Below are positions 28,271-36,908 of a stretch of 64,000 bases of DNA, in pieces; position 1 is the first letter of the stretch, and the number at the start of each line of letters is the position of its first letter. The DNA comes from a bacterium. Lineage in GTDB: Bacteria > Zhuqueibacterota > Zhuqueibacteria > Residuimicrobiales > Krinioviventaceae. The stretch spans positions 3,552,001 through 3,616,000 of the forward strand of contig CAXXMD010000003.1 in NCBI GenBank assembly GCA_963675755.2, written 5' to 3'. Made by a program: the position numbers and the translations under genes. The notes beneath the pieces are model-generated. The model was not told where the DNA came from. It saw only the letters and a program-made list of their open reading frames with translations, and searched no databases.

Positions 28271-30274
28271 ATGAAAACACGTATGCTCGTTCTTGTTGTA
28301 CTGATTTTAGCAGTTACACTTTTTAGCCAGGGAATACCTTACAATCAGGAATTTCAGGTGAATACTAGCACCTATGGTTCACAAAAAAATCCAAAAATAG
28401 CAGTTCTTTCAAACGGGAATTTTGTTATTTGTTGGGAACAGAACGGCTCTGAATATGGTGTCTATGCACAAATGTTTAATTCAAGCGGTAACAAGGTAGG
28501 TGATGAATTTCAAGTATACACAAATACAAATGGTAATTATCTTAATCCTGATATCGTACCACTTTCTAATGGGGGATTTGTGATATGTAGTGAATGTGAA
28601 AGTCAGGACGGTTCAGGTTATGATATTTATGTGCAATTATTTAAATTTGATGGTAGTAAAACCGGTGATGAATTTCAAGTTAATACCAATACAAATTATT
28701 CCCGGGGTACAAAAAACATTGAGCAACTATCAGACAAAATCTTTGTGATATGCTGGGAATGTGAAAGTCAAGACGGATCACGTTTTAGTGTTTATGCAAA
28801 ATTAATAAATATAGATGGTAATAAAACCGGAGATGAATTTCGAGTCACCAACTATGCAAATAGTTACAAAGGTGGATGTGATATTGCTGCTCTTTCAGAC
28901 AGCAGTTTTGTGATATGCTGTGAAAGTTACGAAGAAGATATATCAGATTATAGTATTTATGTACAAATATATAATACAGACGGTAGTAATGTCGATGATG
29001 AATTTCAAGTTAATGCCTATACAACAGGTAATCAACTTTATCCAGAAATATTATTACTGTCTAATGGTAGCTTTGTGATATGCTGGTCAAGCAATGATTG
29101 GTATGGGGCAGGTTCAGAGATTTATGCACAATTATTTACTTCAAATGGTAATAAGGTTGGTACTGAATTTCAGGTGAATACTTGTACAGATAATAATAAA
29201 TTAGGTCCAGATTTAGTATCATTATCAAACGGAGGTTTTGTTATATGTTGGTCAAGTATCGGACAGGATGGTTCAGGTCATGGGATTTATGCACAATTAT
29301 TCTCTTCAAACGGAAGTAAGGTCGGTGATGAATTTCAGGTCAACACCACTACATATGGTAATCAAATTAACACTGATATAGTATCACTGTCTGATGGTGG
29401 CTTTGTGATATGCTGGGTAAGTTACACACCGCATGCATCAAATGAAGATGTTTATGCACAATTATTTACTTCAAATGGTAATAAGGTTGGTACTGAATTT
29501 AGAGTAAACACCTATACAGATGGTAGACAATATCGGCCTGATATTGTAGCACTTGAAGATAGAAAATTTGCAATTTGCTGGAATAGTTGGGGAAAAGGGC
29601 AAGATGGCTCATTGGAAGGGATATATGCCAAATATTATTTAACTGAACCTATTATTCATTATTTATGTGAATATGAAACGCTTAATCCCGAAAACGCTGA
29701 AACCTTGCAATCTATTTATACAACCTTTGTTTGGCAACAACCAAGCGATATTCGCATCTGCTACCCCTGGGAGATTGAGTACGATCTGTATCTGTCAACG
29801 GATCAGGAATTTTCTAATCCGCTAATATACAATGGTATTCAGGATACCACGTACATCCTCCCCACAACCGATTCTCTGCAAGCTGGACAAACTTACTTTT
29901 GGAAAGTGCTGGCGAAAAATATAGCGGGGGACAGCCTGTGGAGCTCGAACACCAATGCCTTTTTCGTCAGTCATACTGCGACTGAAGTGGAGGAAGAAGC
30001 GCAGCTTCCTACGGGATTTGCATTGGAGCAGAATTATCCCAATCCCTTTAATCCCGAAACCACGGTGCGGTACAGCCTGCCGAAAGCGGGAGTTGTGGAA
30101 CTGAAATTGTACGACATCACGGGCCGTGAGGTGATGTCGCTGGTGAATAATTGGCAATCCGCGGGGACGCATTCGATTAAAGTCGATGGACGCAATCTGG
30201 CGAGCGGGGTGTATGTGTATACGCTGACTGCGGGGGGGTATCGCGAGAGTAAAAAGATGGCGCTGGTACGATAA
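28271..30274 (+). CDS. secreted repeat protein, paralog 1 (8 'EFQVNT..GFVICW..IYAQ' repeats, Fn3-like domain, C-terminal sorting domain)
   Basis: Signal peptide; eight ~55-aa repeats; TYFWKV module; LEQNYPNPFNPETTVRY..GVYVY..SKKMALVR. Confidence 0.85.
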   Translation: MKTRMLVLVVLILAVTLFSQGIPYNQEFQVNTSTYGSQKNPKIAVLSNGNFVICWEQNGSEYGVYAQMFNSSGNKVGDEFQVYTNTNGNYLNPDIVPLSNGGFVICSECESQDGSGYDIYVQLFKFDGSKTGDEFQVNTNTNYSRGTKNIEQLSDKIFVICWECESQDGSRFSVYAKLINIDGNKTGDEFRVTNYANSYKGGCDIAALSDSSFVICCESYEEDISDYSIYVQIYNTDGSNVDDEFQVNAYTTGNQLYPEILLLSNGSFVICWSSNDWYGAGSEIYAQLFTSNGNKVGTEFQVNTCTDNNKLGPDLVSLSNGGFVICWSSIGQDGSGHGIYAQLFSSNGSKVGDEFQVNTTTYGNQINTDIVSLSDGGFVICWVSYTPHASNEDVYAQLFTSNGNKVGTEFRVNTYTDGRQYRPDIVALEDRKFAICWNSWGKGQDGSLEGIYAKYYLTEPIIHYLCEYETLNPENAETLQSIYTTFVWQQPSDIRICYPWEIEYDLYLSTDQEFSNPLIYNGIQDTTYILPTTDSLQAGQTYFWKVLAKNIAGDSLWSSNTNAFFVSHTATEVEEEAQLPTGFALEQNYPNPFNPETTVRYSLPKAGVVELKLYDITGREVMSLVNNWQSAGTHSIKVDGRNLASGVYVYTLTAGGYRESKKMALVR

Positions 30275-30294
30275 CGATTAATTTGGAGTGAACA

Positions 30295-32133
30295 TTGAAA
30301 ATATATTTGACCATTCTCGCTATATTGATTTCAACTGCTATGCTTACCGGGCAGGGAATTCCTTACAATCAGGAATTTCAGGTGAATACTTATTCAAATA
30401 GTACCCAGGAACATCCCGTTATCGCAGCGCTATCTGATGGTGGGTTTGTAATTTGCTGGGATAGTAGGATGCAAGATGGTTCAAAAGATGGCGTATTTGC
30501 CCAACTTTATGATGCGGAATGTAATAAAGTTGATCAGGAATTTCAGGTAAATACCTATACAATTGACTATCAGGGCGTTCCAAGTATTGCTACACTTTCG
30601 AATGGTGGTTTTGCTATTAGCTGGGCAAGTCATGAACAGGATGGTTGGGGAAATGGTGTTTACGCACAATTGTTTAATCCGGCAGGACATAAAGTTGGAA
30701 AAGAATTTCAAGTAAATACATACACATATGATAACCAGGGGAATCCTTCTATTTCATCCCTTTCAGACGGGCAATTTGCGGTTTGCTGGGAAAGTAAAGA
30801 CCAAGATGCATGGGGGTATGGTATTTTCGCACAATTGTTTCAACCAGACGGCAGCAAAATAGGTGAAGAATTTCAAGTTAATACCAATTATGATGGTATC
30901 CAGTGGCGTCCAGCTATAGATGGATTTTCAGACGGTAATTTTGTAGTTTGCTGGGAAAGTCCTGATGAAGTTGGAAGGAGTGATATACAGGCACAATTGT
31001 TTAATGTAGACGGCAGTAAAAATGGTGCTGAATTTAAGGTGAACAGTTATACAAATGATTCCCAACATAACCCAACTATAAAGACACTCTCTGATTGTGG
31101 CTTTGTGATATGTTGGAATAGTTTAGAACAGGACGGATCAATGTTAGGTGTTTACGCACAAATATTTAATCCGGACGGTAGTAAAGCAGGTGACGAATTT
31201 CAGGTAAACAGCTATACGATTCATCACCAGTTTAAACCCTGTATTACACAACTAACAAATGGGAGTTTTGTAATTTGTTGGAATAGTTTTAATCAGGATG
31301 GATCAGCTTATGGTGTTTACGGACAATTATTTAATCCAGATGGTAGCAAGATAGGTGAAGAGTTTCAGATAAACAATTATACAAATAATGACCAGATGAA
31401 TCCAAATATAACCACACTTTCAGGTGGGGGATTTGTAATTTGCTGGGAAAGTCAGGGACAGGATGGTTCAGGAGCTGGAGTTTACGCAACATATTTTCTA
31501 TCAGAACCTATCATTCATGAATTACATATATACGAAATTCTTAATCCTGCAAATGATAATACTTTTGACAGTAAACGCCCCACCTTTACATGGCAATCCC
31601 CCAGCGACGTCCGCATTTGCTACCCATGGGAAATCGAATATAATCTATATCTGTCAACGGATCAGGAATTTTCCAATCCGCTAATATACAATGGTATTCA
31701 GGATACCACCTACACCTTCCCCAAATCCGATTCACTGGATGCGGGGCAAACGTATTTCTGGAAAGTTCTTGCGAAAAATATAGCGGGTGACAGCCTGTGG
31801 AGCTCGAATACCAATGCCTTTTTCGTCAGTCATACTGCGACTGAAGTGGAGGAGGAAGCACAGCTTCCAACGGGATTTGAATTGGAGCAGAACTATCCCA
31901 ACCCTTTTAATCCCGAGACCACGGTGCGGTACAGCCTGCCGCAGGCGGGAGTAGTGGAGCTGAAACTGTACGATATTACCGGGCGCGAGGTGATGTCTCT
32001 GGTGAATGAGTGGCAATCCGCGGGAGCTCACTCGGTTAAAGTGGACGGCCGCAACCTGGCAAGCGGGGTGTATGTGTATACGCTGACTGCGGGTGATTAT
32101 CGGGTGAGTAAAAAGATGGCGTTGGTACGTTAA
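30295..32133 (+). CDS. secreted repeat protein, paralog 2 (7 repeats, TTG start)
   Basis: Same architecture as paralog 1; GGAG Shine-Dalgarno 6 nt before the TTG. Confidence 0.85.
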   Translation: MKIYLTILAILISTAMLTGQGIPYNQEFQVNTYSNSTQEHPVIAALSDGGFVICWDSRMQDGSKDGVFAQLYDAECNKVDQEFQVNTYTIDYQGVPSIATLSNGGFAISWASHEQDGWGNGVYAQLFNPAGHKVGKEFQVNTYTYDNQGNPSISSLSDGQFAVCWESKDQDAWGYGIFAQLFQPDGSKIGEEFQVNTNYDGIQWRPAIDGFSDGNFVVCWESPDEVGRSDIQAQLFNVDGSKNGAEFKVNSYTNDSQHNPTIKTLSDCGFVICWNSLEQDGSMLGVYAQIFNPDGSKAGDEFQVNSYTIHHQFKPCITQLTNGSFVICWNSFNQDGSAYGVYGQLFNPDGSKIGEEFQINNYTNNDQMNPNITTLSGGGFVICWESQGQDGSGAGVYATYFLSEPIIHELHIYEILNPANDNTFDSKRPTFTWQSPSDVRICYPWEIEYNLYLSTDQEFSNPLIYNGIQDTTYTFPKSDSLDAGQTYFWKVLAKNIAGDSLWSSNTNAFFVSHTATEVEEEAQLPTGFELEQNYPNPFNPETTVRYSLPQAGVVELKLYDITGREVMSLVNEWQSAGAHSVKVDGRNLASGVYVYTLTAGDYRVSKKMALVR

Positions 32134-32153
32134 CGATTAATTTGGAGTGAACA

Positions 32154-34004
32154 CTGAAAACACGTTTGACCATTCTCGCTATATTAATTTCAACTGCTAT
32201 GCTAACCGGGCAGGGAATTCCTTACAATCAGGAATTTCAGGTGAACACTTTGGAAAGTTCATTTGGTAGAATACCTAAACCCAAAATCATCCCTCTTTCA
32301 AATGGAGATTTTATTATATGTTGGGATATCAAAAATGAAATATATGCTCAGTATTTTAACATTCAAAGCGGTAGCGTTGGTGATGAATTTAAATTAATTG
32401 AATTTTCTGAGCGAGTTTATTTTTCAATTGATTCTAACAAAAGTGATGAATTGTTTTTATGCTGGTGGATTGAAGGTGGAGGAATTTATTATCAAAGATT
32501 TAAAACCAATGGACAAAAACTGAGTGAAAAAATTCAAATTAATTCGGGAAACAGTATTTCAACGGATAGATTTAATGATGGAAAGATTACTTTTCTAACA
32601 AATAATCGAGTGTTTATAAATTGGGGGCGTGAAGATAGTTTATATATCAATAAGGGATATCAATTGGTTGGGAAAATAATAGATATTCAAGGTAATAATA
32701 TTAGTAGTGAAATCCTGATCAATGAAAGTGATTTTGAATTTCAGTATTATGGGGATGTTGTTTCATTGAATGATAGTTTATTCATTACATGTTGGCAAAG
32801 TTATGATTATGAAAATCAAAATTGGAATGTTTTTGCTCAAATATTCGATAATGACGGGAATAAAATAGGGAGTAAAATTCAAATTAATTCAAGTATAAAT
32901 TCCCATCATGTCAATGGTCATATTGCAAAAATTACTAATGATACTTTTATTGTTGTTTGGATGAATTACGAGAATAAAAATGGTGATAATATTACTGTTT
33001 TGGGGAGACGGTTTGATTTTAACGGTGAACCTTTAGGAGATGAATTTAAAATAAATACTTTGGATATCAATGGAGATTCTTTCTATTCACGAATAGCTTC
33101 AAATAGTAATGGTAATAATATTGTATTCTGGTATAGTGATGTTGACACTTATCATTTTGGTGAAGAGACTATATTTGCACAGTACTTTAATAAAAATGCA
33201 GAAAAAATTGGACCTGAATTTATTGTACATTATGGTGGTGAATATAATAATTTAGAACCTAATTACGGATGTCGAAATCCTGAAATGGCTTCACTTGATG
33301 ATTTTGGATTTGTTTTTAGTTATTCAACTTTTAAACCTAGAGTCGGATTAGCTGTTTATGCAAAATACTATTTAGCTGATCCCATCTTGCATGATTTGCA
33401 GGAATTTGAAATTCATTCACCTGTTAACGATAGAACCCTGATATGCACTCGCCCTACATTCACCTGGCAAAAGCCTAGCGATATACGAGTCAACTTCCCA
33501 TATGAGATCGAGTATTATCTGTATCTTGACACAAGTAATGAATTTGATAATCCGCTCATATATCCGGGGATTCAGGATACCACTTTTTTCCTGGAAAATG
33601 ATTCCTTGCAATCGGGACAAACTTACTTTTGGAAAGTCCTTGCGAAAAATATCGCGGGTGACAGCCTGTGGAGCTCGAGCACCAACGCTTTTTTCGTCAG
33701 TCATACTGCAACTGAAGTGGAGGTGGAAGCACAGCTCCCAACAGGATTTGCACTGGAGCAGAATTATCCCAATCCCTTTAATCCCGAAACCACCGTGCGG
33801 TACAACCTGCCGAAAACGGGAGCCGTAGAGCTGAAACTGTACGACATCACGGGCCGTGAGGTGATGTCGCTGGTAAATGAGTGGCAATCCGCGGGATCGC
33901 ACTCGATTAAAGTCGATGGACGCAACCTGGCGAGCGGAGTGTATGTGTATACGCTGACTGCGGGGGATTATCGCGAGAGTAAAAAGATGGCGCTGGTGAG
34001 GTAG
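32154..34004 (+). CDS. secreted repeat protein, paralog 3 (7 divergent repeats, probable CTG start)
   Basis: CTG at 32154 is in the same position as paralog 2's TTG, after an identical intergenic sequence, and gives MKTRLTILAIL; same C-terminus. Confidence 0.8.
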   Translation: MKTRLTILAILISTAMLTGQGIPYNQEFQVNTLESSFGRIPKPKIIPLSNGDFIICWDIKNEIYAQYFNIQSGSVGDEFKLIEFSERVYFSIDSNKSDELFLCWWIEGGGIYYQRFKTNGQKLSEKIQINSGNSISTDRFNDGKITFLTNNRVFINWGREDSLYINKGYQLVGKIIDIQGNNISSEILINESDFEFQYYGDVVSLNDSLFITCWQSYDYENQNWNVFAQIFDNDGNKIGSKIQINSSINSHHVNGHIAKITNDTFIVVWMNYENKNGDNITVLGRRFDFNGEPLGDEFKINTLDINGDSFYSRIASNSNGNNIVFWYSDVDTYHFGEETIFAQYFNKNAEKIGPEFIVHYGGEYNNLEPNYGCRNPEMASLDDFGFVFSYSTFKPRVGLAVYAKYYLADPILHDLQEFEIHSPVNDRTLICTRPTFTWQKPSDIRVNFPYEIEYYLYLDTSNEFDNPLIYPGIQDTTFFLENDSLQSGQTYFWKVLAKNIAGDSLWSSSTNAFFVSHTATEVEVEAQLPTGFALEQNYPNPFNPETTVRYNLPKTGAVELKLYDITGREVMSLVNEWQSAGSHSIKVDGRNLASGVYVYTLTAGDYRESKKMALVR

Positions 34005-34025
34005 GTTTTTGTAGAAAAGCAGGAG

Positions 34026-34076
34026 CCGGTTGCAGAGTGCGAGTCCGTAAAACGGACGAGCGTATCGAAGCACCGG
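34026..34076. repeat. structured palindromic element
   Basis: Outer CCGGTTGC...GCACCGG and inner GTCCGT-AAA-ACGGAC stems. Confidence 0.5.
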
Positions 34077-34135
34077 TATTTTAAAATTAAAGAATGGATT
34101 AATTCAAAAAAATAAATTTTTGTGTTTAATAGAGT

Positions 34136-34166
34136 TGTAGAGAACGGTCTCAGACCGATCCCTACA
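34136..34166. repeat. GTAG-type REP-like palindrome, second copy
   Basis: TGTAGAGAACGGTC-TCA-GACCGATCCCTACA, three differences from 28057-28087. Confidence 0.8.
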
Positions 34167-34178
34167 TTGTAATTTTTG

Positions 34179-34204
34179 CGTTCCCAAACAGGAGTTTGGG
34201 AACG
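34179..34204. repeat. CCAA/TTGG-core palindrome
   Basis: CGTTCCCAAAC-AGGA-GTTTGGGAACG; same design as the hairpins at 41246, 43658 and 44242. Confidence 0.7.
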
Positions 34205-34236
34205 AGTAAGGGTGTAATATCCATTGACCGGAAATG

Positions 34237-36711
34237 TTATTCAACCGGAAATCCATCTTTTAACGTCATGTTTCCCAGCAGTTTCCCGTTCATGTCCCAG
34301 TATCGGGCTTTGCCCTGGCAGACAAAATGGATCCAGGTGGATTCGGCTTTTTTCTGTCCGTTGGGCCAGTAGTGCGTCCATACACTTTCGCCATTGGATT
34401 TGTGGTCCCAGCTCCAGATTTTCTTGCCCTTGATGTCCCACAAGGTTTCGGATCCCTGTTTTTGTCCCAGATTATATTCTGCCTGGTACTGTTTACTACC
34501 ATCGGGATGATACCAGGTTTCCGTTCCTTGCAGCAGGTAGCGGCCGTCATCTGCGAGTCCGGCGGACCAGGTGCAGCGCAGGTTCTTGTTCTGATCATAT
34601 TCCTTATATTTCTGAACATTGCTGATGGATGCCGCTTTGGAACGCATCAATTGGGTGTCATTGTTAACGGTATCGGTGTTATTGAGAATCCATGCTTCAT
34701 TCAACTCAAAATGAAGACATGGCTGGTTCATGGTGGTGATCAGATGAATAATACCGTTGGGCGACTGCCGTGCTACCGAGTAGCCCAGGGTGGTGCCGCC
34801 AAGCTCTTTTGCCCGCTTTGGAGATTCATGCTCCTGTGTGCCTACCAGATGTTTGATATGCCAGGTCTCACCTTCGTCTTCTGACAACGCTACATAGGTA
34901 CCTTTTTCATGATATCCCTCGGGCTGACTGCCGTCCCGATGTTGCAGATCGCCGGCGAAAAACAGGCGTCCGCTTGCCAGGCGTATGAGGGTTGGACGCT
35001 GATTGCTCCCCAGGGAGGGGAACGGTGTTTTGCTGATGGTCCAGGTCTTGCCGCCATCACTGGAAATGGATTTGGGCATAAAACCGTCAATGTCACTGCT
35101 TTTACCGCCCATGGCAAGAATTCGACCGTCTTTGAGTAATACACAGGTAGAATGTCTGCCTCCTGTACGGCCGCCCGGATCGCTCCAGGTTTTTCCGTTG
35201 TTGCTGCTTTTCCAGAGAACGGAGGAAGGTCCAATGGCGTCGCTGGTTACATAAATATTTCCATCAAAATCCCGTAACGCCGAATTGACCGGTTGTGCCG
35301 AGTGTCCGCCAACAGATGTCTCGAAAACAGGGAATTGTATTTCACTCCAGCTTTGGCCATTGTCAGTTGTTGTGGTCCATTGGAAGGGAAAACCGGATTC
35401 CATTTGATTGGCACCCCAGAAAAACCAGACTTGAGGGCCGTCTTTCCAGAGCATGGGGGCATGATCATCAACATCGGGCAGGTCAATAAAATATTCGGGC
35501 ATATCCCACTGATCGTGACCGAATCGTAATCTGGAAACAAGTAGTGACACATCCGCTCCACGCTCGGTTACGGATGTATAAAATACGGCAAACACATCGC
35601 CGTTGGGGAAGACCTCAAGCGCGGGACTGTGCTGATGCGTGAGAAATGATGGATGAAATCCCAACCGCTTGTTCGTCTTGATGTCCTTGACGGGGATGTT
35701 ATCCAGGGGTGTTGGCAGCAGGTAACGTTTTCGATAATAAGGTTTATTCATGTCGGGGCCCTGTTCCACATTGAACTGATTCTGCCTGACACACTGGAAG
35801 AAAAACGATGGCGTAAAAGATTCTTTTTTTGTCTCGGGCATGGGGGCTTGTACTATGCGAAATCCGATGTTATGGTTGCCCTGGTTGTCTGTTGATTCCC
35901 GGATAAAGTTTTTATAATTGAATACAGAACTGAAAGATTCCGGAGCTGTAAAGCGGTCTTCCGGATGAATATCTGTGGTTGAGGTGTCCTTAACCATTGC
36001 TTTCATCTCCTCCAATGGCAAGGGAGGAAAGGCGGGGGGCATGCCCGCGCGATTTGCCGAACGCGCAAAATAGGGCGCTTCATAATCGAGACCGCCTCCA
36101 CGGACGACGCGGGCGAATCCCCAATCGGGACCTACCGGGTCTGTAACCGGATCGGCTGAATACATATCATGCCAGTCCAGGCACCATTCTGCAACCTGAC
36201 TGTGCATATTTATCAATCCCCACGCATTGATCGAATTTGAATCGGGCGGGGTATTGCCGGTATTAAACAGAGTTGTGGTACCAGCCCGACACGCGTATTC
36301 CCATTCAGCTTCGGTTGGCAGGCGATACGGTTTGCCTTCTTTATTGCTCAACCACTCGCAAAAGGCTGTTGCTTCATTCCAGCTTATGGCAGAGGCAAAA
36401 GGCGCGTAATTTGAATTGCCTTTGTATGAATTGCGAAATTGTTTAAATTGTTCTATGGTTACCTCGGTCTCGCTTATATAAAAAGCTTGTGATATGGTAA
36501 CCTGATGGACCGGTTGTTCATCCCAATCTCCCTGATCCAGATAATCCATGTTTTCACCACCCAGTTCGGATGGTGTAACTAGATTAGATTCGCCCATAGT
36601 AAAGGTACCCGGCTCAATACGGACCATGTTCATGTTCAGGCTGTTGGTATAATTTTGAGAAAAAGTAAAACTGGTCATGAGCAGCAAGAGATACAACGAG
36701 AGTTTTTTCAT
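34237..36711 (-). CDS. secreted multidomain protein: FGE/sulfatase-modifying-factor-like domain, BNR/Asp-box sialidase-like propeller, MORN-variant repeats
   Basis: RLPTEAEWEYACRAG, NAWGL, EWC.DW, RVVRGG, IGFR; Asp boxes TDNGQSW, SNNGKTW, SDGGKTW, EDEGETW; ETWYHPDGSK and YWPNGQKK repeats. Confidence 0.8.
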   Translation of the reverse strand: MKKLSLYLLLLMTSFTFSQNYTNSLNMNMVRIEPGTFTMGESNLVTPSELGGENMDYLDQGDWDEQPVHQVTISQAFYISETEVTIEQFKQFRNSYKGNSNYAPFASAISWNEATAFCEWLSNKEGKPYRLPTEAEWEYACRAGTTTLFNTGNTPPDSNSINAWGLINMHSQVAEWCLDWHDMYSADPVTDPVGPDWGFARVVRGGGLDYEAPYFARSANRAGMPPAFPPLPLEEMKAMVKDTSTTDIHPEDRFTAPESFSSVFNYKNFIRESTDNQGNHNIGFRIVQAPMPETKKESFTPSFFFQCVRQNQFNVEQGPDMNKPYYRKRYLLPTPLDNIPVKDIKTNKRLGFHPSFLTHQHSPALEVFPNGDVFAVFYTSVTERGADVSLLVSRLRFGHDQWDMPEYFIDLPDVDDHAPMLWKDGPQVWFFWGANQMESGFPFQWTTTTDNGQSWSEIQFPVFETSVGGHSAQPVNSALRDFDGNIYVTSDAIGPSSVLWKSSNNGKTWSDPGGRTGGRHSTCVLLKDGRILAMGGKSSDIDGFMPKSISSDGGKTWTISKTPFPSLGSNQRPTLIRLASGRLFFAGDLQHRDGSQPEGYHEKGTYVALSEDEGETWHIKHLVGTQEHESPKRAKELGGTTLGYSVARQSPNGIIHLITTMNQPCLHFELNEAWILNNTDTVNNDTQLMRSKAASISNVQKYKEYDQNKNLRCTWSAGLADDGRYLLQGTETWYHPDGSKQYQAEYNLGQKQGSETLWDIKGKKIWSWDHKSNGESVWTHYWPNGQKKAESTWIHFVCQGKARYWDMNGKLLGNMTLKDGFPVE

Positions 36712-36908
36712 AATTGCACCTGTTTGAATGATTTGATTGAATGTTTGAGGACTGGTGATGCAAAAAACGAATGTATCATATTTTTAATATATAGAATAGT
36801 CAAAACAGTGTCAATATATTCTTTGGTCTGCAAGGCAAGGGTTGTTTTTATTAAAAAACCTTGTTATATTTTATACTCTATTTTTAATACTGAACTCCTG
36901 AGGATACA

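Larger units (their letters stand above)
29745..34004 (+). repeat. conserved blocks repeated in the tandem array (about 29745-30386, 31604-32245, 33475-34004)
   Basis: Highly similar DNA covering the 3' part of one gene, the intergenic TAACGATTAATTTGGAGTGAACA and the signal peptide of the next gene; offset 1859 bp between the first two copies. Confidence 0.85.

Noticed and set aside
34036-34062. Hammerhead-ribozyme-like stem GAGTCCGT-AAA-ACGGACGA
   Set aside because: The catalytic core CTGANGA and GAAA are absent (the sequence reads GTGCGA and GAGC); treated as a palindromic repeat
29822-34073. Recurring antisense ORFs (29822-30172, 31732-32031, 33417-34073; also 40896-41255)
   Set aside because: They are shadows of the conserved C-terminal domain coding sequence; their similarity follows from the sense-strand repeat
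35840-36200. FGE/C-type-lectin-fold domain ending in IGFR as a diversity-generating retroelement target
   Set aside because: No reverse transcriptase and no template repeat differing only at adenines in the window; the domain is N-terminal within a fusion
36712-36908. SAM or cobalamin riboswitch upstream of metH
   Set aside because: AT-rich divergent promoter region with no recognisable aptamer motifs or stems
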